A stretch of 44,618 bases of DNA from assembly GCA_032718475.1 (NCBI GenBank), contig JAUCBJ010006425.1, positions 1-44,618 on the forward strand, given 5' to 3'. Both the position numbers and the translations under genes were made by a program. Position 1 is the stretch's first letter; the number at the start of each line of letters is the position of its first letter. The stretch comes from Nemertoderma westbladi (taxonomy: Eukaryota > Animalia > Xenacoelomorpha). This document shows, piece by piece, positions 35,791 to 44,618 of the stretch. The notes below the pieces were generated by a model. That model was not told the origin of the DNA and searched no databases. It saw only the letters and a list, made by a program, of their open reading frames with translations.

Positions 35791-36607
35791 ATTGCTAATT
35801 TGCTAATACTAATTTAATAATCGAAGTAATTAATTTTAATTGATTTATTGTGCTCAATTTAATTTTAATTGATTTTTTGTGCTGTACATCAATTTAGTTA
35901 GTTTAATAGTTATTTCAGAGTTTTTAGTTTTTTTAATAGATATTTTTTACATAAATGGGATGTAGGCCTATCTGTAAATTTAATGTTTTAGAAATAGTAA
36001 AATTCAAAAGATATTCATAATTACAAATGTAGTTAAATAGGTAAATATTTTAGTTTTTTTAATAGATATTTTTTACATAAATGGGATGTATCTGTAAATT
36101 TAATGTTTTAGAAATAGTAAAATTCAAAAGATATTCATAATTACAAATGTAGTTAAATAGGTAAATATTTTACAAAAACTTTAATAAAATATCTTGAAGT
36201 GCAGTAACTCGAAAAATATCCAATCTTTTTAGAAATAGGTATCACTTCTAGATTCGTCACAAAATTTAAGTTCGAAAACAGTTGTTAAAAAGGATTTTCC
36301 GTGCAATAATCCATGTAGAATGTAGAAACTACAATGGCCTTAAATTTTAAGGCTTCTCAAGGTGGCCTGTTAGGCCGTATATATAGTAGGCCATGGGAGT
36401 AGTGATCAGGCAGTCTGGCTGTCTGGTAATAGCAGAATAGTAAGTCTAATCTAATCGAGTCAGAACATCCTGCAGTAGACAGGTAGATGGTGGTATACAG
36501 AGAGGCTGAGGGGACCGGTACCAATAGCTGAATAGGCCTATTTGGTTTGTTTAAAATACTGAAATAGGATGATAGGCCTACCTGAAAGCTGAAGCCTGTG
36601 ATCAGTT

Positions 36608-38755
36608 ATGGAAGTTATTGAGGTTGAGGAGAAACCTGCGACTGCGACGGAAGTTGCTGACAATAATGACGCGGGAGTCTCAGAAATTGCCTCAGGAGTT
36701 ACTGAAACATTTACCGACGTTTCTCCTGGAATTTCTACGCTTTGTGATTCGTTGTTCGATAAACCAGAATACAAATATTTGGACGGGTGTGGATTTACCT
36801 CCGAGGTGTTTAAGCTCAATGTCCACAACATCCACAGACTCGTGGGGTTCAACCAGTTCCGTAAAATCGTAATAAAACTCGGCTTGAAGCCTCACAAAGT
36901 CATCATATTGGAGGATAAGAAGGCTAGGTGTAGCTATGGTTACCTCACGTTTAAATCGGAAACGGATCGCGACAACGCATTGAAGAAACTCGACGGTTTC
37001 GAGTTGCGCGGCCGGGTGCTATCGGTGGGTTTGGCGAAGCCGTCAGCCGACCCGCTAGTCGTCCGGAAGCGACGTGGTTCAGATACCGGTAGCCAACCTA
37101 CCGGAAGTAAAAGTCTGAAACTCGATACTCAGGAGGAGATCGAACGAGCTCTGTTGCAGACTGTGACTCCGTTAACGGATCTAACATACCAGGAACAACT
37201 GGAAGAGAAACAATCGTTAGTCGAGGAGTTCCATCTGAAGTTGATCAAGTTAATTAGAAAGTCGCACGGTAAAGGGTCGAATACTTCCTATAGTCACCCA
37301 GACTGCTCTATCGGATTCATTAAATCTTCTCCGGTTTACCGCGAATACCGGAACAAATGCGAGTTCGGAATCGGAACGAGTCCAGCTGGAGATCAGAAAA
37401 CAGTCGGATTCCGAGTCGGCAGCTTCCGAGAGGGTTTTATGAACGTTATCCAACCCGATTGCTGCCACAACGTGCCCGAGTCGATGAAACGCATTGCGAA
37501 CCGGTTCCAGACGTTCATCCGGGGTTCGCCGCTGGAGGCGTACGACACGAGACTGCACGGCCATTGGTCGGAGTTGCACGTCCGTACGACCCGTAGTCGC
37601 GATACGATGGTCATCGTTCGGTTCAATAAAGGGCCGCTATCGGATACAGAGTTGGGCGAGGTCCAGTCCAAGGTTGTGGGGTTATTCGTGGAAGGAGATG
37701 CTAAGGGTTGCGGGGTCACCTCCGTCTATTGGCTCCCCGTTCCCGGCAAGGGTGTGGAACACACCGCGGATTACCAGTTCCTCCACGGGGAACGGAATAT
37801 ACAGGAGACCGTTGGCGGTCTCAACTTCCTTATCGGTCCGGGGGCCTTCTTCCAGCCTAACACATCGGGGTGCGAGGTTCTGTATGGGGTGGTGGGAGAG
37901 ATGTGTGCTAAGGATTGTTTTACTGTTGGGGGTGCTAATAAGGGTGTTGCAACTATTGGTGGTGGTAATAAGGGTATTGCAACTGTTGGGGGTGCTAATG
38001 AGGGTGTTACAACTGTTGGGGGTGCTAATGAAGGTGTTACAACTGTTGGGGGTGCTAATGAAGGTGTTACAACTGTTGGGGGTGCTAATGAGGGTGTTAC
38101 AACTGTTGGGGGTGCTAATGAAGGCGTTACAACTGTTGGGGGTGCTAATGAGGGTGTTACAACTGTTGGGGGTGCTAATGAGTCTGTTACAACTGTTGGG
38201 GGTGCTAATATGAGTGTTAGAGAAGGAAGTGCTCCTAGTGTAGGTGTCAGTGTGGACGGGAGTGTCGAGGCTGTTAACACCACTAGAACGACGTTACTGG
38301 ATATTTGTAGCGGCACCGGTACTATAGGAATATCTCTCGCCTCCAAGTTTAGCCGGGTAATCGGGATTGAACTGATCCAGGAAGCGGTCACTAACGCAAC
38401 GTCCAACGTTAGGTTGAACGGGATCCCCAACGCTGCGTTCCATTGCGGCCGAGCGGAGGCCATTCTACCGTCGCTCACTCGCCTACTAACGGCAGACCGG
38501 GTTATCGCAGTGCTGGACCCCCCGCGGTGTGGGGTGCACCCTAAGGTAATCAGGGCAGTCAGGGAGTCCTCCGCTATTTCTCGAATCATCTATCTGGCTT
38601 GTAATCCGAACGCCGCTATTAGTAACTTTGTGGATTTATGTAAACCCTCTTCTGGCACAATTAGGGGAATTCCGTTTACTTTATCTCAACTACAACCAGT
38701 CGATATGTTTCCATTTACTAGGCAGTATGAATTAGTCTTATTGTTTGAGAGATAG
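36608..38755 (+). CDS. TRMT2A: tRNA (uracil-5-)-methyltransferase TRM2 homolog A, intronless, 715 aa
   Basis: N-terminal RRM-like region (YGYLTFKSE), VTPL..LTYQEQLEEK, YRNKCEF, FFQPN, LLDICSGTGTIG (SAM motif I), LDPPRCG, YLACN (catalytic Cys) and VDMFPFTRQYE. Confidence 0.95.
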   Translation: MEVIEVEEKPATATEVADNNDAGVSEIASGVTETFTDVSPGISTLCDSLFDKPEYKYLDGCGFTSEVFKLNVHNIHRLVGFNQFRKIVIKLGLKPHKVIILEDKKARCSYGYLTFKSETDRDNALKKLDGFELRGRVLSVGLAKPSADPLVVRKRRGSDTGSQPTGSKSLKLDTQEEIERALLQTVTPLTDLTYQEQLEEKQSLVEEFHLKLIKLIRKSHGKGSNTSYSHPDCSIGFIKSSPVYREYRNKCEFGIGTSPAGDQKTVGFRVGSFREGFMNVIQPDCCHNVPESMKRIANRFQTFIRGSPLEAYDTRLHGHWSELHVRTTRSRDTMVIVRFNKGPLSDTELGEVQSKVVGLFVEGDAKGCGVTSVYWLPVPGKGVEHTADYQFLHGERNIQETVGGLNFLIGPGAFFQPNTSGCEVLYGVVGEMCAKDCFTVGGANKGVATIGGGNKGIATVGGANEGVTTVGGANEGVTTVGGANEGVTTVGGANEGVTTVGGANEGVTTVGGANEGVTTVGGANESVTTVGGANMSVREGSAPSVGVSVDGSVEAVNTTRTTLLDICSGTGTIGISLASKFSRVIGIELIQEAVTNATSNVRLNGIPNAAFHCGRAEAILPSLTRLLTADRVIAVLDPPRCGVHPKVIRAVRESSAISRIIYLACNPNAAISNFVDLCKPSSGTIRGIPFTLSQLQPVDMFPFTRQYELVLLFER
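37922..38218 (+). repeat. In-frame 30 bp coding minisatellite, 10 copies (TVGGANEGVT)
   Basis: ACTGTTGGGGGTGCTAATGAGGGTGTTACA x10 inside TRMT2A. Confidence 0.95.
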
Positions 38756-39804
38756 ACTGTTAGTTAATACTGATATTAGGGGGTCTACTTAGTCATTGAG
38801 ATGGAATTTTATATAAGTTGTAAATTATAGCGTGTAGCGTTTGCAATCAATTGTCCATCGTTTTCGGCCATGTCCAATCATCCACCCACCTTAATGGGGG
38901 GGGGGGGGGGGGGGGAATCCATAGCTAAAGGTTATTTTTAATTTGTAAATATCTCGAAAGTGGTTACAAAATGCATAGAAATTGATCTACCACCGAAAAG
39001 AAAATCATCAAAGTAATAAAGAATGTGAAAAGAGTTTTTTTGGTGGTCCCTAGCGGTTGGCGAGATTTCACTAAAAACACTACTACATTCCTTGTTAAAT
39101 TTGTAAAATAAATAAAAAACCTAAATTTTTTATAATTTTTTTCTTAAAACAATTGTGGAAATATTAATTACGAATTTCAGAAATTTATCGAAGCTTACGA
39201 AATTACCTCTCATATCTAAAGATAACGAGGGCTAAGAAATGGCAGACGAGTTGTGATATTAGCTTGAAAAATATCATTCCCAGATAATTACCTTCAATTA
39301 ATACATTCCCACTTGAAAGTGTCTGTCTGGGATGTGGTTGGTTAATAATGTCTGGCATGAAGGAACCTCTTAGATGACATTTCCATTGTGGGTATATGTC
39401 AGTGTTAATATTTGGTGGAATCTGGTATTTTAATTCATAGGGACATCGATAACTCATGAACTAGAAGGAATCTCGCGTTGTCGTTTGCTTATGTGCTCAA
39501 TATTTCGATTATTTCCAACTGAAGTATTTCATTACAATAAAAAGCATAAAGACAATCAATCAAAATGTTCTCGAAAAAATTCGTGCATATTTTGAAAAAC
39601 ACATAAAAATTCAAAGTTTAGAAATGGTAATCTAATCAAATTGCTCTAGAAAAATTCTTGGATTTTTTGAAAAAAACAATTATTTAAAGTCTAGAAGTTT
39701 GACCAAGGTTAATACTTAATATTATTACTTGAATTTCATAAAACCATCGGAAAACATTCAAAAGGATTAAGTATTTAAAAATATATTCTGTAAATAAAAT
39801 ATCA

Positions 39805-39937
39805 GGGGGCAATAGTCCGGAGGGCAATTGTTCGGGGGGGGGGGGGGGGGGGGGTGTCGGTGGATTGGTGCAATTTATTGTCCTCGGGGGCAATTGTCCG
39901 GCGGGCAATTGTCCGGCGGGCAATTGTCCTAGTTCCC
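39805..39937 (-). mobile_element. Probable transposon terminus with GGCAATTGTCC subrepeats
   Basis: About five GGCAAT(T/A)GT(C/T)C repeats ending CAATTGTCCTAGTTCCC. No partner end was found. Confidence 0.4.
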
Positions 39938-40317
39938 TTTCATAATTACCGCCTAAGTACCTGTTGAGGTTCCTACTACCCCCCCCGTCCCTACTCGAAT
40001 ATTACGGTGAACATACACAACTCATCCTTCATTGGAAGAAATTATTAATATAATTAATTATCGCTTTTGTTTATCGAAGGAATACAAAAACATTAGTAAA
40101 AATAACATAAAACATGCACGTACGTACTTAACCAAAATGTATAAATGACCAAATTAGTAACGTCTAATCGTTGGTATAGAAGCAAAAACCCATTTAACCG
40201 AAAACAGTGTAAGGTAACTTCATTCATAATTTTGTAGGTAAAACACAACAACATGTATAAATTATTTTACTAACTAATAACGATGAAGGACGGGTCTATA
40301 ATAAAAGTTAAACTTCA

Positions 40318-42114
40318 TTAAAATTTATTGAACGCGGGTAGGAATGGTATAAATGTAGCCCATTTACCCCTTAAATATTTACCCACTAAGGGTAAATCGT
40401 AAGTCGTATCAGAAGTGTTGTCTAATCCACGTTGCGTCATCGTATCACCGGCCCTCCACGATATTATACCGCGTTCCTCTAAGGTTCCTGGCACCGTGTT
40501 ATCTAGGACGAAGCCCAGAACGCCCCCAACAAGGACGGATGTAGACAACAACACAGTAAGAACCTGATCGAAACCTGGAGATCCGCTGTTTATGGCTTCA
40601 GGGTGGGATTTCAGATAGTTGGGAATCACTAAACCCATAAACAGGGAAAATCCCGTGATGAAAACGTTTCGAGACGAGTTCATATCAGCGAACTGTAGAT
40701 TGGATAAACCCACCGCCGTAATCATAGCGAAAGTAACGCAAAATATACCACCGATGATTGGGTCTGGGATGGTCGTGAATACGGCCCCGAATTTACCCAC
40801 CACCCCGAAACAAATCATTAGTACAGCCCCGTACTGTATGACGCGTCTAGACCCCACCTTGGTTATTCCGATGACACCAATATTCTCGCTGTACGATGTG
40901 GTTCCGTTACCGGTACCGAATGCCCCCGCTAGCAGACAGCCCACTCCCTCCGTCAGTATGCCCCGGTTGATTGCGTGTGGGGGTGGGGGCGCCGCCCCGG
41001 ACAGTCTAGCCGCGGCGTAATAATCCCCCACGGATTCCAGCATAGACGCCACAACGCCCCCGGCCATTCCCGCAATGCTAGCCACAGAAACTGTCGGGGT
41101 TCCCCACTGTCCGGGATAGATAAACCGGAACCACGACGTCTTCCACAGAACGTCGGAACGCGCGTCAGTTCGCGCGAAGTAATCTGGGGCCTTGGGATCC
41201 TCCGAAAAAACACCAGCAGCCGTCAAAATTGCGGACAAAGCCCATGCTATAATTATCGCTAAAATAACAGGAAAGATTTTAAATATAGGTGGCCATGACC
41301 ACTTAAACTGAAACTTTTTTTGGGCGTTTCGTTTAAATGCCAGGGATGGTAGAGGTACACGCCATTCCGCTATGTACAGGCTGAAAATCACGACGAGCAT
41401 TATGGTGAATATAGCGATGCCCCATTGTTTGGAAGCAAAATTCGCGGCTGGTTCGAACAGACTGAGTCCAACCAGAGCTATACTCGGCGTGATACTCAAA
41501 GGGCCGATGAAACGCAATAGAAACCCTATTGCTCCCGTCGCGCCAACCAAAATTTGTAGCACACTGGACACCATTATTGCGCCTTGAATTTCGTTCATAC
41601 GTGAATGCCAAAGCGCGTCGCTGGCTGACTGGGTAAGATTGGAGAGAACCTCAGGTTTGGGACATTGCCACTGTGCGGTCGAGAGAATAGCGAATGTGGG
41701 AACTATGAACGTGTAGGTACCTCCTTGTACGATAGGTAAACGAATACCTATAGTCGTTTGTAACAGAGTTACTATACCGCACACTGTGAATATGGTAGAG
41801 ATTAAATTGCTCAAGGCAACGGTATTGTTACCGATACACAGTGGGCCTGCTAGAATAAACGGAAGGGTAACCGTTGCTCCGAACATACACAAGTAATGTT
41901 GAAACCCGAGGATTAAACACATATTCCATGGTGGATTATCATCAACACTGTAAATTAATTCCGCTTTTTTCGGGGCAGTATCCACCTCATCATCGTCTTT
42001 CTTATCATCTTTTATTTCATCATTATCAACATCTTTCCTATCTTCTTTGACAACAAACATACGGCCATCGTCTATGATGCAAATATCCACTTCCTTCAAA
42101 CCGTCTACATTCAT
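40318..42114 (-). CDS. SLC23: SLC23/NAT-family nucleobase transporter, intronless, 598 aa
   Basis: LIYSVDDNPPW, GFQHYL (QH motif), LQTTIGIRLPIVQG, ESVGDYYA, NRGILTEG and the NAT signature SYSENIGVIGITKVGSRRV; multiple hydrophobic segments; CCACCATG start context. Confidence 0.95.
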   Translation of the reverse strand: MNVDGLKEVDICIIDDGRMFVVKEDRKDVDNDEIKDDKKDDDEVDTAPKKAELIYSVDDNPPWNMCLILGFQHYLCMFGATVTLPFILAGPLCIGNNTVALSNLISTIFTVCGIVTLLQTTIGIRLPIVQGGTYTFIVPTFAILSTAQWQCPKPEVLSNLTQSASDALWHSRMNEIQGAIMVSSVLQILVGATGAIGFLLRFIGPLSITPSIALVGLSLFEPAANFASKQWGIAIFTIMLVVIFSLYIAEWRVPLPSLAFKRNAQKKFQFKWSWPPIFKIFPVILAIIIAWALSAILTAAGVFSEDPKAPDYFARTDARSDVLWKTSWFRFIYPGQWGTPTVSVASIAGMAGGVVASMLESVGDYYAAARLSGAAPPPPHAINRGILTEGVGCLLAGAFGTGNGTTSYSENIGVIGITKVGSRRVIQYGAVLMICFGVVGKFGAVFTTIPDPIIGGIFCVTFAMITAVGLSNLQFADMNSSRNVFITGFSLFMGLVIPNYLKSHPEAINSGSPGFDQVLTVLLSTSVLVGGVLGFVLDNTVPGTLEERGIISWRAGDTMTQRGLDNTSDTTYDLPLVGKYLRGKWATFIPFLPAFNKF

Positions 42115-44182
42115 GGTGGTCTGATCTACAAAAGAAAGTAAATAATCAACAATTAAATTAAAATATAAGATACTAAGTTTAAAAAAGTTCTTTACTGGAA
42201 GCTTTACTGAAAAAGTAATGTAATGTTCTCCGATAAGAAAAAAAGTATGGGAAATAAGTACTTATTACTGTATCAGTAATTTTAATTGACCGAAATTTAA
42301 TTATTCTGTCAAGAGTGTGTTAGGTTTTGCACGGGTTGGCAGGTTTTGAATGCCAAATTAAAATCACACCAAAATTAATGAAAATTTCAAAAAAATATTA
42401 TATAACACCAATTTAATTAATGTTACCACAAAAAATTATTAAACACCAAATAAAATAAAATCACTTAAATTATTCAAACTCCAAAATAAATTTTTCAACA
42501 CCAAAAATAATTATTCAACACCAAAAATAATTATTCAACACCAAAATAAATAAATGCTCCCCAAAACCAATTTTATACAACAATTGAAGACACAAGTTGG
42601 ATAAATTCGTTGCATTAAATTTACATCCTTCTGGTTCGTGGGTTCGATCATCTGTGCCATGCATCCCCATTTAAATGTACATAAATGAGTACCGGTGTTT
42701 CCTCTGGGGAGTACAGTTCTGGGGAGGGGGGGGGGGGGGGGGGGGACTGGAAATTAGTCGTCAAAGTTTGTGCGTCCCTGGCCGAAGATAAGCCGAAGAA
42801 AACCTTACTTTTTCTATTTCGACGGACACCAATTAATTATTATTAGATAAGGTATCTGTTAGCCAATCATAGCACCCGCTCTAAGACACCCTGCCTTAGG
42901 TAATTTCCAGGAAGATTTAATTGCGGATTAATAACTAGCTTATAAAAATTACTAGCTATTATATTTCTACCAGAAGGTCAACTATTTGATCTAGAACAAA
43001 ATCTTCAAGATTAAAGACATCTTCACATGAAAAAAAAAATGTGTTAAAAAGTGGTCGTGGCATTGTAATGCCCTGTTCCCAATAATGATTGCGTGAAATA
43101 GTTTAAATAAATAAATAAATATTTATTTACGTAATAACGCAAAAAAACCACAGCCCCGGTACTATCTATCACGATAAACTACCAGTAATTGTTTTCCTTC
43201 ATTTAACTTGCTTTTGTATTACTAATTCATAGCTATTTATAAAATAAATAAATTATTCCAGAATTCTGTGTATTTATAAAATAGAATAAAATAGCCCAGT
43301 GCGGATGCAAATACATGTAACTTACTAGTAGCGCCTTTATCTCAGCAATTTCTCAACCAAATTCAAATATTTTTACATTTTTGGAATCCATGCACTAAAT
43401 GCACTAAATTAGTACTAACAAATAATAATAAGGTTGAAGAATAACTGTGGTGTAACTGGTGCAATTTCGCCTATTTTAAAAAGAGCTTTTAGCTAAAGAA
43501 TGAAAGCAAAAATAAAAATTCTGGCTCACCCAGTAAGGAGGAGGGAGATTCGAATTCGTGAAACAGATTCGATCTGGTTGTTGTACAAATAGAGTTAATA
43601 ATATAGAATTGAATGATATAGACTTTAATAAACTACAGTTACCATGGTAACTAGATATTTCTGAAAGTTTTCTGTTTACAATAACTTCCAAATAGGAGTC
43701 CAGATAACACATAGGCCACCCAGTTTCGGGATTCTATCGTAAAGTGTATGTTCAAAATGAACTATTTTTATGTCAAAACATCTGTTCACTGCGGTTGCCA
43801 TGGCTACTGAAAAATAGAAAAATGTAATTCGGATGCAGAATAAGTGATATAGTAGGGGTAGGGGTTGATCCAAAAAGGTAACTGAATTTTCTAGTTAACC
43901 TCAATCGGCTCTGCTGTGGACCTAATAGTTGAGTTGAGAATCCCCAAGTTTATATCTACTACAGTTTTCCTACAAATAGAGTTAAAAGTATTGACTTGAA
44001 ATACATAGACTTATTTTGAAGTCCGTTGCCATGGAAACCAGATTTTCCCAGACATGAGACCTATTCCACACGACGCGCCTTAATGAGAGTAGTATATACA
44101 TGCAAAATTTCAGGGTATTTTTAAAGGCTAGATTTGGCCGCAATTAAATAAAACCAATTCTGCCCCACACAAGTTAAAGGGG

Positions 44183-44618
44183 TAACCACCCTGGTCTATG
44201 TGAGTAACCTCCCTGGTCTACATGAGTAACCTCCCTGGTCTACGTGAGTAACCTACCTGGTCTACGTGAGTAACCTACCTGGTCTACGTGAGTAACCTCC
44301 CTGGTCTACGTGAGTAACCTCCCTGGTCTACGTGAGTAACTTCCCTGGTCTACGTGATTAACTTCCCTTGTCTACGTGAGTAACCTCCCTGGTCTACATG
44401 AGTAAGCTCCCTGGTCTACGTGAGTAACCGAGGTGTACATGAGTAACCTCCCTGGTCTATGTGAGTAACCTCCATGGTCCGCATGAGTAACCTCCCTGGT
44501 CTACGTGAGTAACCTCCATGGTCCGCGTGAGTAGCCTGGTCTACGTGAGTAAGCTCCCTGGTCTATGTGAGTAAGCTCCCTGGTCTACATGAGTAACCTA
44601 CCTGGTCTACATGAGTAA
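44183..44618. repeat. 22 bp tandem minisatellite (~20 copies, runs off the window end)
   Basis: GAGTAACCTCCCTGGTCTACGT unit; GAGTAAC at 44202, 44224, etc. Confidence 0.95.

Larger units (their letters stand above)
32073..36395 (+). mobile_element. P-superfamily DNA transposon, internally deleted, 4323 bp including the nested insert
   Basis: 37 bp perfect TIR CATGGCCTACTATATATACGGCCTAACAGGCCACCTT; 7 bp TSD GGAGTAG (32066-32072 and 36396-36402); P transposase remnants inside. Confidence 0.92.

Noticed and set aside
37494-38589. Overlapping and antisense ORFs (239 aa, 272 aa) over TRMT2A, and similar ones over HBS1L and SLC23
   Set aside because: Shadows of GC-rich coding sequence and of the 30 bp repeat.
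42590-42720. Second SINE head (GGGTTCGATC, TAAATGAGTACC)
   Set aside because: No clear A-box or tail; too degenerate to call.

Overview
AT-rich, repeat-dense eukaryotic DNA, most likely from an invertebrate animal; not prokaryotic and no CRISPR array. It holds three conserved genes: HBS1L (minus, two coding exons), TRMT2A (plus, intronless) and an SLC23/NAT nucleobase transporter (minus, intronless). There is also one intronless orphan ORF with PH-like domain(s). The standout feature is a 7.1 kb, indel-free array of about 85 x 84 bp units, each copying the HBS1L exon-1/intron boundary. This gives 84 in-frame 5' splice donors just after the GTPase P-loop: donors 1-18 keep the frame open, and five stop-containing units follow. 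The rest is a dense set of transposons: a P element (37 bp TIRs, 7 bp TSD) just upstream of TRMT2A, containing a nested satellite foldback with an unusually long 19-21 bp flanking duplication; Kolobok-, EnSpm-, Tc1- and piggyBac-like TIR elements; Harbinger MITEs; RTE-type LINE ends; and a tRNA-Gly-derived SINE. Short insertions at TA sites (TA>TACAGTA, TA>TAGGCCTA) resemble excision footprints. All calls come from reading the sequence; no database searches were run.
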